DNA of 43,430 bases from Minisyncoccia bacterium. Lineage in GTDB: Bacteria > Patescibacteriota > Minisyncoccia > Phycocordibacterales > JAACPR01. Under the pieces are notes generated by a model. It saw only the letters and a program-made list of their open reading frames with translations, was not told the DNA's origin and did no database searches. The position numbers were made by a program, and so were the translations under genes. Positions 9,039 to 17,686 of the stretch are shown here, piece after piece. The stretch's first letter is position 1. Each line of letters starts with the position of its first letter. The DNA is taken from positions 1 through 43,430 of the forward strand of contig JBGSLH010000014.1 of NCBI GenBank assembly GCA_041740795.1. The letters are read 5' to 3'.

Positions 9039-9871
9039 AATACAATTTTGAGACCTTTAATCGCAGGCGCAGGCTTATACTGCTTTTTGAGATTGAGCGT
9101 GATCTCTTTTACGAGATTCACGTCTTTTTTTTCTGCTCGAGAGAAAGATTTTGGAGGCAAGGTCAGTCTCACTTTCTTATGGGCAACTTTTCGTTTGATG
9201 ATTTCTTTTGCTGTATCGTAATGGATGTCGTAGAAGTGCGCGTTTGAAATCGTGTGAGTATAGATTCCTGGTTTTACTCCGAGTTCTTGTGCAAGGATAC
9301 ACTGGAGAAGTGCAAATCCTGCGACATCGTGAGGGAATCCTAGAATCATGTCATTAGACCTGATGATATTGTGCATGTGCAATTTGCCACCGATGATATT
9401 TACGGTGAATGTATATGGACAGGGAACATTCTTTTTGGTTACACCTCCGAGTCCGTCAGCCGAAGGATCCCATGTGACAACCACCCCGTGTCTTGAAGTC
9501 GGATCTTTTTTGAGAAGACTGACCAGGAGTTTGAGCTGGTCTCGTCCAAAGTGCTTTCTCCAACGATATCCGTATGCAACTGTTACGACGTCGCCTGGGT
9601 TTGTAAATATATCCCAGATCTTTGTGAACTGTCTGAGAAAATCGGCCGGCTTGCGCGATCCCGAGATGAACCATGCCTGTTCTGCAACAAAAAGTTGAAT
9701 CGGAATTTCTCTAAGTGTAAGAAGGGGAAAGCCGTCTTTTTCTATGTCCATTGAAAAAGTAAGTCCCGGAAGCGCCTTTGTCTCGTGTCCTGTCCGGGCA
9801 TTGGTCTCGGCGATTCCGTGTTTCATAATGTCCTTGAGTAAGTTTTGGTAGATGGTGTCGAAAGGGGTCAT
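9035..9871 (-). CDS. thyA: Thymidylate synthase-family enzyme with dCMP-type specificity residue
   Basis: RTG, FPLLT, E..WF, YG..WR, catalytic PC (C151), RSND, H.Y; Asp182 at the Asn177 position. Confidence 0.9.
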   Translation of the reverse strand: MTPFDTIYQNLLKDIMKHGIAETNARTGHETKALPGLTFSMDIEKDGFPLLTLREIPIQLFVAEQAWFISGSRKPADFLRQFTKIWDIFTNPGDVVTVAYGYRWRKHFGRDQLKLLVSLLKKDPTSRHGVVVTWDPSADGLGGVTKKNVPCPYTFTVNIIGGKLHMHNIIRSNDMILGFPHDVAGFALLQCILAQELGVKPGIYTHTISNAHFYDIHYDTAKEIIKRKVAHKKVRLTLPPKSFSRAEKKDVNLVKEITLNLKKQYKPAPAIKGLKIVL

Positions 9872-9966
9872 GGGTATATTGTAGCAAATTGGTGAAAGGG
9901 GTATATATTGACTTGTAATTTGATTATGTCATTATTCGATTTGAACTGATTTCTGAAAACTAAAAC

Positions 9967-10419
9967 ATGAAAGCCAAACAACTTCCACATACAAGGACTG
10001 TTTTTGTAGCTGTGAGCCATGATATTTGGCAAAAAGCTGTATCAACTAGTCGTCGCCCTAATCTTGAGCAGGACTTAGATTTGATGCCAGAAGATCCTTT
10101 GGTTGAAAATCACCATTTCGAAATTGTACTCCTTAGCATTGAAGACATGCTTCAAGCTAAGGATTCTTTGAGTCAGGAAGAGCTGCAAAGTATGTTGTGT
10201 TTGCTCGAGCTTGAGCCACTTGATCCTCGAATTATGATAATTCTTGATACTCAAGATTCAAATTTCAACCACTGTGCTACTTTCTGGAAGAAAGAAAACA
10301 AATTTTGTGTCATGTCTTTGAATTCAGAGCGTGGCGCGCCAGAGCAAGACACTTCTCCTGTTAATCCAATAAAGATTTTTTGGTGCAAAGGATGGTCGGT
10401 TGCTACTGTTTGTTTATAA
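9967..10419 (+). CDS. Hypothetical protein (orphan)
   Basis: 150-aa ATG ORF filling the gap, TTGACT upstream, followed by a hairpin. Confidence 0.55.
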   Translation: MKAKQLPHTRTVFVAVSHDIWQKAVSTSRRPNLEQDLDLMPEDPLVENHHFEIVLLSIEDMLQAKDSLSQEELQSMLCLLELEPLDPRIMIILDTQDSNFNHCATFWKKENKFCVMSLNSERGAPEQDTSPVNPIKIFWCKGWSVATVCL

Positions 10420-10437
10420 AATTGCAAATGCTACTTC

Positions 10438-10464
10438 AAGGCGCGCCGTACGGCGTGCCTTTTT
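10438..10464 (+). terminator. Intrinsic terminator
   Basis: AAGGCGCGCCG-TA-CGGCGTGCCTTTTT. Confidence 0.75.
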
Positions 10465-10493
10465 ATATAAAAAAGTTTTGGTATACTTTTGGC

Positions 10494-10988
10494 ATGCACA
10501 ACATTCAATATCCATACATTCCTCCCAATCGAACGATTGATTACGTTCCTCGGGATAACACATTTATTCTGCAGGCCAAGGAATATGCCCGGAAGCATTC
10601 ACTCGATAAGACCATGCCTGGCGCTGCCGTTGTTGTGAAGGACGGTGAATTGATTGGTATCGGTGCGAACGGAAGCAACTACCACGAGAAGCACGGCTGC
10701 GAACGAGTGCGTCAGGGATGTGGAAGTGGAAAGGGATACGAGCTCTGCGAAGGATGTCATCCCAAGAACCATTCAGAACCGACAGCGATCAATAACGCGA
10801 TTGATAATGGATACCACACTGAAGGTGCTGACATCTATCTCTGGGGCCATTGGTGGTGTTGCGAATCCTGCTGGAACGTTATGATTTCGGCTGGGATAAA
10901 GGACGTATATCTTATGGAGGGAAGCGAAGTGCTTTTTTGCAAAGAGCATCCTGACAACATTGTTGGAAGACAATTCGAGGGTAATTAG
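10494..10988 (+). CDS. Deoxycytidylate (dCMP) deaminase-family zinc enzyme
   Basis: GAAVV..G..IG.G.NG, HSE..AI, CCESC (PCxxC equivalent), MI.AGI..V; extra Cys-rich loop; ATG at 10494 follows TGGTATACT. Confidence 0.85.
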   Translation: MHNIQYPYIPPNRTIDYVPRDNTFILQAKEYARKHSLDKTMPGAAVVVKDGELIGIGANGSNYHEKHGCERVRQGCGSGKGYELCEGCHPKNHSEPTAINNAIDNGYHTEGADIYLWGHWWCCESCWNVMISAGIKDVYLMEGSEVLFCKEHPDNIVGRQFEGN

Positions 10989-10999
10989 TTCTTTTAAGT

Positions 11000-11031
11000 A
11001 AGGCGGGGCACCGAAGGTGCCCCGCCTTTTT
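11000..11031 (+). terminator. Intrinsic terminator
   Basis: AAGGCGGGGCACC-GAA-GGTGCCCCGCCTTTTT. Confidence 0.85.
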
Positions 11032-11078
11032 CTTTTGTGCTAGAATAAACCCACTATCAGTCATTAATCCAAACCATC

Positions 11079-12254
11079 ATGAACGATACCGAAATCCAAA
11101 AGCTTATAAAGGCTGAAAAAACAAGACAGGGCAAAGTTATCAATTTCATAGCATCCGAAAATATCGTCTCAAAGGACGTTCTTGTTGCTCTCGGTTCAGA
11201 ACTGACGAACAAGTACGCCGAAGGATATGCGCATGCTCGTTATTATGGTGGAAACGAAGTGGTCGACCAGATCGAGGATCTCTGCATTGTACGAGCACTT
11301 AAGACATTTAAACTAGCCAAGAACAAATGGCACGTGAATGTCCAACCTCTCTCCGGTTCACCTGCGAACTTGGCAGTATATTCTGCACTGCTGACACCGG
11401 GTGACAAGATAATGGCGATGGATCTTTCTCATGGCGGGCATCTTACTCATGGATTCAAAGTCTCTTTCACGGGAAAACTTTACACTCAGATCGCCTATGG
11501 AGTTGATGAAAAAACTCAAAAACTAGATTACGAAAATCTTATGCAGATTGCTAAAAAATATCAACCGAAATTAATTATTACTGGATACTCTGCATATCCT
11601 AGAAAAATTGATTTTAAAAAATTTAAGGAGATTGCAGATTCGGTCGGCGCACTTCTCATGGTAGACATGGCACACATTGCAGGACTTGTCGCGGCTGGTG
11701 CACATCCAAACCCTTTTGCTCATGCGGATATCGTAACCTCTACAACCCACAAGACACTTCGAGGTCCACGGTCCGGAATTATTTTTGTAAAAAAAGACGA
11801 ACGAGAACTAGATAAAAAAATAGACAAAGCAGTTTTCCCTGGACTCCAAGGTGGTCCACACATGAATCAGATTGCTGCTGTCGCAGTTGCTCTCAAAGAA
11901 GCGCAGACTCCCGCATACAAAAAATACATTGATCAGGTGTGTAAGAACGCAAAAGTACTTGCAGAAGAACTCAAAAAACTTGGATGGAAAATTCTATCAG
12001 GAGGGACAGACAATCACCTTGTCCTTGTTGATGTGTGGATGGATGGAAAGGGAATCGGAGGCAAGGACGCGTCTGACAAGCTCGAGGCAGAGGGAATCAT
12101 CGTGAACAAGAACACGATTCCTGGAGAAAAACGATCACCAGTAAACCCTTCTGGTATCAGGCTCGGTACTGCAGCGGAGACCACTCGAGGCTTGAAGGAA
12201 AAGGATTTTATCAGAATCGCAAAGCGGATAGATTCGATATTAAAGAGTTCCTAG
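11079..12254 (+). CDS. glyA: Serine hydroxymethyltransferase
   Basis: IASEN, NKYAEGY...RYYGG, GGHLTHG, TTHKTLRGPR (PLP lysine), FPGLQGGP, SGIRLGT. Confidence 0.98.
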   Translation: MNDTEIQKLIKAEKTRQGKVINFIASENIVSKDVLVALGSELTNKYAEGYAHARYYGGNEVVDQIEDLCIVRALKTFKLAKNKWHVNVQPLSGSPANLAVYSALLTPGDKIMAMDLSHGGHLTHGFKVSFTGKLYTQIAYGVDEKTQKLDYENLMQIAKKYQPKLIITGYSAYPRKIDFKKFKEIADSVGALLMVDMAHIAGLVAAGAHPNPFAHADIVTSTTHKTLRGPRSGIIFVKKDERELDKKIDKAVFPGLQGGPHMNQIAAVAVALKEAQTPAYKKYIDQVCKNAKVLAEELKKLGWKILSGGTDNHLVLVDVWMDGKGIGGKDASDKLEAEGIIVNKNTIPGEKRSPVNPSGIRLGTAAETTRGLKEKDFIRIAKRIDSILKSS

Positions 12255-12326
12255 ACTAGCTAAGTACTAAATATTATTTAGTTTAATATGTACCGAGCCT
12301 GGTCTGGACCTAAATTAAATAACTAG

Positions 12327-12374
12327 AAATAAGTAAAAACCATACTATCTAAATAGTATGGTTTTTACTTATTT
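12327..12374. terminator. Long AT-rich inverted repeat between convergent genes
   Basis: AAATAAGTAAAAACCATACTAT-CTAA-ATAGTATGGTTTTTACTTATTT. Confidence 0.7.
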
Positions 12375-13812
12375 ACTTAACCGTATAAGTTGAGAAGGTT
12401 GCACCAAGCTCTTTATTATAGAAATTCAAAAGTGCTTGTTGCGCAGCTAGTGCATCTTTATTTGCATATTCTTTTCTTTTGTCTGCCTTTTTTGAATTAT
12501 CCGCTGCCTGTGATGCAATTTCAAAGCTTTTTTTGATAAATTTAATATATTTATTTTTATCATTCCAAGTATCCCTGGCCTTTTTCGATGCCGACTGATC
12601 ATATTCATAGACTGTTCCGTCTGCAGAAACAGCTCTTTCGATAACGTCTCCAAGTCCTAGTATTTTGTGATACGCGTTTTCTTTAATGAAAAAACTTCCA
12701 AATATATCTGCATCTGAGGGAATTGGAGAATAATAGTTTCCATTTTTATAAATTAAGTATTTTTTTATATTCTCATCTTTGGAACCATCACGAATTGATT
12801 TGAAATCATGGCTATGATACATATACATTTTCTTGATATCTTTTTCTTTGTATGCTTCATAAAAAGATTTCACAACATTTATTGGAACTGTTTCTCCTGA
12901 AGTCATGTCTATAAGTTTTGCACATACTAGGTCATTACCATATTGGACAGCAAAAGCAAAAACTTCTCCTTGTGCATTAATTTTTAGTTTGCTATCACCC
13001 TTGTTCTGTGCAAATTGCATAAGTTTTCTCTCTAGTTCAGATACATTTGAGAAAACCACATGAGACGGCGATAGTTCAGCACAGTTTTGATAATAAGTAT
13101 TTATCTCTGTTGGACCATTAAGATTTAGATTCCAAAGTATTTGAACTTTCTGTAAAAGCCCACCGTTCACACTTGCTCCGAGATAAAAACCATTATTAGC
13201 CCATTCGTCCCACGAGTCATCAGACATTAATGTCCAAGTTATCTGTGTATATTGAGGATATGTATATGTGCCCGTGCTCTCGACTTTATTTTCTCGAAAA
13301 ATAGTCCATTTAACAGGTACATAGGGAGAGCCCCAGGCCGCACTTCTTAATTCTGATGTTGAGGACGTCGTCTTTAAGATATTTTTTTCATTAACTTCAA
13401 CTTGAGGAGCGCTGATTCCAAGGCCTTTGGTTGTCTCTTTGTCTAAAAACTCCGTATCAGAGGACGATAATCCATCCGAAGGAGTTGTGGACATACGCAC
13501 CAAAGAACCAATCTTATTTTTCGTTTTGTATCCAAAATATCCCTGCGAAGGTTCAATATTGTTATCTTTTTGAAAACTTGAGAGCGCCTTACGAGTTAAT
13601 TCGCCAAAATAATCACTCTCGTGTCCAATAGACCCTTCTTCACCGAGTGTTTGATTTACTATATATCCATTACTGTTTAAGAATTTTTGCAATTCAGAAA
13701 CATTCGAGTTGGTAGTTTTATATTCCAAATCAGGATATTGTTCGAAGTTAGCGAATGTAATAATTGGTGATAAAAGTATTAATGAAGCAGTAAATATGGT
13801 TATTTTTTTCAT
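12373..13812 (-). CDS. Secreted protein with N-terminal peptidoglycan-binding domain, AT-rich
   Basis: Signal peptide; V.ELQ.FL...GY, YFG.LT..AL..FQ, GYFG..T PG-binding pattern; C-terminal part unrecognised. Confidence 0.75.
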   Translation of the reverse strand: MKKITIFTASLILLSPIITFANFEQYPDLEYKTTNSNVSELQKFLNSNGYIVNQTLGEEGSIGHESDYFGELTRKALSSFQKDNNIEPSQGYFGYKTKNKIGSLVRMSTTPSDGLSSSDTEFLDKETTKGLGISAPQVEVNEKNILKTTSSTSELRSAAWGSPYVPVKWTIFRENKVESTGTYTYPQYTQITWTLMSDDSWDEWANNGFYLGASVNGGLLQKVQILWNLNLNGPTEINTYYQNCAELSPSHVVFSNVSELERKLMQFAQNKGDSKLKINAQGEVFAFAVQYGNDLVCAKLIDMTSGETVPINVVKSFYEAYKEKDIKKMYMYHSHDFKSIRDGSKDENIKKYLIYKNGNYYSPIPSDADIFGSFFIKENAYHKILGLGDVIERAVSADGTVYEYDQSASKKARDTWNDKNKYIKFIKKSFEIASQAADNSKKADKRKEYANKDALAAQQALLNFYNKELGATFSTYTVK

Positions 13813-13882
13813 AAAATAAGTATATACTAATTCATTTTTTTGACTATTATTTATTCACAGATAGTGTTAACCTAATATTAAT

Positions 13883-14515
13883 ATGAATACATCACAAAAA
13901 GGAACATTCGTGGTGATTGAAGGTCCTGATGGATCAGGAAAATCAACCCAAATGACAATGCTTGCGGATTTTTTTGGTGACAAATTAATTCTAACAAGAG
14001 AACCAGGTGGAACGGAATATGCAGAATCAATTCGTGAACTTGCCTTGAAGCACCCACGTGCAGGAGAGGCTGATGGTAAAACACTGTTCATGCTTATGTG
14101 GGCATCGCGAGCTGAACACATGAATCATCTTATAATTCCTTCTCTGAAAGAAGGGAAGATAGTTGTGAGTGACCGTTTTGATTCATCGACATTCGCTTAT
14201 AACATCTATGCGCAGGGTGAAAAAGAAATGATTGATTATTTCAATCAAACTCGAACAGCTATTCTTGGATCGGATACTCCTGATTTGTACATCTATCTCG
14301 ATGTTACACCGGAAGTAGGTCGGTCTCGAATGAGCGGAAGAGGTGACGAAGAAAATCACTTCGACGTACGTTCGGATGATTTCAAGGAAACGGTCAGGAA
14401 GGGATATTTGGAATTTTTCAGGAATGTTCCTCATGTCGTTATTGATGCGAGCAGAACGAAGGATGAAATATTTGAAGATATCCTGACTGCGATCAAAAAA
14501 GTCTGTGGAATCTAA
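13883..14515 (+). CDS. tmk: Thymidylate kinase
   Basis: EGPDGSGKST P-loop, TREPGGT, SDRF..S..AY, PDL..YLDV. Confidence 0.96.
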   Translation: MNTSQKGTFVVIEGPDGSGKSTQMTMLADFFGDKLILTREPGGTEYAESIRELALKHPRAGEADGKTLFMLMWASRAEHMNHLIIPSLKEGKIVVSDRFDSSTFAYNIYAQGEKEMIDYFNQTRTAILGSDTPDLYIYLDVTPEVGRSRMSGRGDEENHFDVRSDDFKETVRKGYLEFFRNVPHVVIDASRTKDEIFEDILTAIKKVCGI

Positions 14516-14519
14516 TTTT

Positions 14520-14559
14520 GAGAGTCTGTCGTACCTATTGCGACGGACTCTCTTTTTTT
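14520..14559 (+). terminator. Intrinsic terminator
   Basis: GAGAGTCTGTCG...CGACGGACTCTC followed by a T-tract. Confidence 0.6.
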
Positions 14560-14572
14560 ATACAGTACATCC

Positions 14573-14995
14573 ATGAATATTCGTATAAAAAAACTTCACC
14601 CTGACGCACAGATTCCAAAACTGGCACATCATGATGATGCGGGATTCGATATGTATGCAACTGAAACCATTACACTACAACCAGGAGAAAAAGGAAGGAT
14701 ACCAACAGGGATTTCGATGGAAATTCCTTTTGAATACGCAGTGTTATTTTGGGATAAGAGCAGTATTTCTCATGATGGAGGTATTAAAACACTTGGAGGT
14801 GTGATAGATTCTGGATATCGAGGAGAGTTTGTTGTCGGTGTCATTAATCTTGGAAAAGAAGCATATACTTTTGAAAAAGGACGTAAGATTGCACAATTTT
14901 TAATTCAAAAAGTTGAAATACCCACATTCGAAGAGGTTGATGAACTGTCAGAAACAATAAGGGGAGAGGGGACGTTAGGAAGTACTGGAAAATAA
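14573..14995 (+). CDS. dut: dUTP diphosphatase (trimeric)
   Basis: AGFD, KSS (motif 2), GVIDSGYRGE, IAQ, RGEG.LGSTG. Confidence 0.95.
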   Translation: MNIRIKKLHPDAQIPKLAHHDDAGFDMYATETITLQPGEKGRIPTGISMEIPFEYAVLFWDKSSISHDGGIKTLGGVIDSGYRGEFVVGVINLGKEAYTFEKGRKIAQFLIQKVEIPTFEEVDELSETIRGEGTLGSTGK

Positions 14996-14996
14996 C

Positions 14997-16682
14997 ATGC
15001 AAGAAGAAATCAAAAAATATATACTCAAGGATCTTGAAAAACTCGGCTATCCGCAAGTAGATTTTGTTGTGGAACTTCCGAAAGATATTACCAACGGAGA
15101 TTTTTCAACCAATATCGCCCTTGTGCTTTCAAAAGAAATTGGAAAGAGTCCAAAAGAAATTGCTGATTCGCTCGTTGCGACTTGGACTACTGAATCAACT
15201 CCAGCCTTTTCAAAAATAGAAACAGCTGGTCCTGGCTTTATCAACTTCTACCTTTCAAAAGAGTATATAGAAAATGAAATTGCAAAGCCTTTTGCAAACT
15301 TACAAACTCAATACACAGGCAAGAAAATCATTACCGAATTTACAGACCCTAATCCATTCAAGCAATTTCACATCGGACATTTGATGTCGAATACGATTGG
15401 GGAGTCCGTCTCTCGACTATTTGAAATCGGTGGAGCAGATGTGACCCGAGTCTGCTATAACGGTGACATAGGACCGCATATTGCAAAAGGAATATGGGGA
15501 ATGATTCAACACACGGAAATGTTTCCTCAAGAACAAGATTCTCTTGAAGACAAGATGAAATACATGGGAGATGCTTATGTATATGGATCTAATCAGTATG
15601 AGGAAGATGAAAAGGTTCAGTCAGAGATAAAAGAAATCAATAAAAAGCTTTTTGAAGGTTCAGATTCTGAATTACAAATCTATTATGACAAGGGGCGAGC
15701 CTGGAGTCTTGAATATTTTGATACTATCTATAAGAAGCTCGGAACAGAATTCAAACATTTGTTTTTTGAGACTCAAACAGCACCAATCGGTAAGAAAATT
15801 GTAGAGGATAATATTGCTACGGGTATTTTTGAAAAGAGTGAAGAAAGCGAAGCTATTATTTATAAGGGGGAACAGGATGGGTTGCACACGCGAGTATTCA
15901 TTAATTCACAAGGACTCCCTACGTATGAAGCAAAAGATCTTGGTCTTGCTGTCATGAAAAGTGAGTTTGGAAGTTATGATCTCTCTATAGTAGTAACAGC
16001 ACAGGAACAGAATGAGTATTTTAAGGTCATGCTTGCTGCACTTTCTATGATTAAACCTGAAGTTGCTGCTATGACAAAACATATTTCACATGGGATGATG
16101 CAGTTTGCTGATGGTAAAATGTCATCTCGAAAGGGGAACGTGATTACTGGCGATACACTTCTCGAACAAGTTGAACAGAAAGTAATTGAAAAGATTGCAG
16201 AGAGAGAATACTCAGAAGAAGAAAAAAAGGAAATTATCGATACCGTTTCAATTGCTGCACTCAAATACTCAATCCTCAAACAAGCACCTGGGAAGAACAT
16301 TATTTTTGATTTTGAAAAGTCTATTTCATTTGAAGGTGATAGTGGTCCATATATTCAATATGCATATACCCGTGCGATGTCTGTTCTCAATAAGGCTGGA
16401 GATTTTGCACCTGATGCAAAAAATTTGAAAGATACGTATCACATAGAAAAACTTTTAATCAGATTTGATTCAATTGTTATGCGAGCGATTGAAGAACTTG
16501 CTCCACAGATTGTTGCGAATTACCTCATTGAACTTGCTGGTGAATTCAATTCTTGGTACGCACAGGAAAAGATACTCGGAGACGAGAATGAAAAGTATAA
16601 ACTACTCATAGCAAAGAAAGTTACTGAAGTTTTGAAAGTTGGTTTAAATATACTTGGAATCAAAGTGCCAAGTAAGATGTAA
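14997..16682 (+). CDS. argS: Arginine--tRNA ligase
   Basis: GPGFINF, PNP.K.FHIGH, KMSSRKGNV, GDSGPYIQY. Confidence 0.97.
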   Translation: MQEEIKKYILKDLEKLGYPQVDFVVELPKDITNGDFSTNIALVLSKEIGKSPKEIADSLVATWTTESTPAFSKIETAGPGFINFYLSKEYIENEIAKPFANLQTQYTGKKIITEFTDPNPFKQFHIGHLMSNTIGESVSRLFEIGGADVTRVCYNGDIGPHIAKGIWGMIQHTEMFPQEQDSLEDKMKYMGDAYVYGSNQYEEDEKVQSEIKEINKKLFEGSDSELQIYYDKGRAWSLEYFDTIYKKLGTEFKHLFFETQTAPIGKKIVEDNIATGIFEKSEESEAIIYKGEQDGLHTRVFINSQGLPTYEAKDLGLAVMKSEFGSYDLSIVVTAQEQNEYFKVMLAALSMIKPEVAAMTKHISHGMMQFADGKMSSRKGNVITGDTLLEQVEQKVIEKIAEREYSEEEKKEIIDTVSIAALKYSILKQAPGKNIIFDFEKSISFEGDSGPYIQYAYTRAMSVLNKAGDFAPDAKNLKDTYHIEKLLIRFDSIVMRAIEELAPQIVANYLIELAGEFNSWYAQEKILGDENEKYKLLIAKKVTEVLKVGLNILGIKVPSKM

Positions 16683-16687
16683 GAGCA

Positions 16688-16714
16688 CGTCATTCCCACT
16701 TTCGTGGGAATGAT
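16688..16714. repeat. REP-like palindrome (GTCATTCCC type)
   Basis: CGTCATTCCCAC-TTTC-GTGGGAATGAT, no U-tract. Confidence 0.55.
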
Positions 16715-16746
16715 ACTATTTTGAATTTTGGTATACTAATCCCATT

Positions 16747-17607
16747 ATGCCTGATAAATATTCTGCAGTATGGGTCTCACACTCCTCAATGGGAGATTTT
16801 CTAAAATGTCCCCGTTCGTACTATCTCAAGAACATGTACAAGAATCCCAAGACTGGGAAGAAGATGAACATCGTCAGTCCTGCACTTTCTCTCGGTTCTG
16901 CCGTACACGAAGTCGTCGAAGGTCTTGCTGTGTATCCGGCTGAAAAACGTTTTGAACATCCTGAGGAATTACTCGTGCGTTTTGATCAGGTATGGGAAAA
17001 ATTCAAGGGGAAAAAAGGAGGTTTTAAAACTGAGGAAGAGGAACAGGCGGCAAAAGAAAGAGGCAAGTCGATGATTCAAAGAGTAATTGATAACCCTGGT
17101 CCGCTCAAAGAAAAAATTGTAAAGCTTAAAGAGGGTGAGATGCTTCCAAATTTTTATCTTTCAGAAAAAGACAATATTATTTTGTGTGGGAGAATTGATT
17201 GGCTTGGATACAAACCAGAAGATGACAGTATTCACATTCTTGATTTTAAAACTGGAAAGCATGAAGAAAATTCTGACTCACTCCAACTTCCTATTTATCA
17301 ACTTCTTTTAAATAATCTACAAAAAAGAAAAGTAACAGGCGCATCGTATTGGTATCTTGATTCTGATAATGAACCCAAAGAGGTCGCGTTGCCCAATCTA
17401 GAGGATTCGTTCGAACGCGTATACGAAGTTGCCAAAAAAGTTTCGGACGCGCGTGCCCGGGCTCAGATCGAAGGTGTCGAAAAAGTTTTCACATGTCCTC
17501 GTGGCGAAACAGGGTGCTTTGGTTGCGCTCCATTTGAAAAAATAATCAAAGGCGAAGCAGAATTTCTTGGAACAGGGGAATGGGGGCAGGAGATGTATAT
17601 GGTGTAA
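16747..17607 (+). CDS. PD-(D/E)XK nuclease, AddB/Cas4-like with Fe-S cysteines
   Basis: S.S....F..CP, GS.VH, GRID, ILDFKTG, QL.IY, C-terminal CP.....CFGC. Confidence 0.85.
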   Translation: MPDKYSAVWVSHSSMGDFLKCPRSYYLKNMYKNPKTGKKMNIVSPALSLGSAVHEVVEGLAVYPAEKRFEHPEELLVRFDQVWEKFKGKKGGFKTEEEEQAAKERGKSMIQRVIDNPGPLKEKIVKLKEGEMLPNFYLSEKDNIILCGRIDWLGYKPEDDSIHILDFKTGKHEENSDSLQLPIYQLLLNNLQKRKVTGASYWYLDSDNEPKEVALPNLEDSFERVYEVAKKVSDARARAQIEGVEKVFTCPRGETGCFGCAPFEKIIKGEAEFLGTGEWGQEMYMV

Positions 17608-17686
17608 GAAGACATTGACTTTTTATAAAAATACTGTATTGTTAGTATTAGGCTCAATGTCTGAGTATGTTCAACAAAAACAACCA

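Noticed and set aside
10380-10493. N-terminal extension of the deaminase in the ORF track
   Set aside because: It crosses a terminator; the ATG at 10494 has a -10 element at the typical spacing
442-14995. Prophage or giant-phage origin of the nucleotide genes
   Set aside because: They are interleaved with secE, nusG, rplK and argS, and no structural, terminase or integrase genes are seen
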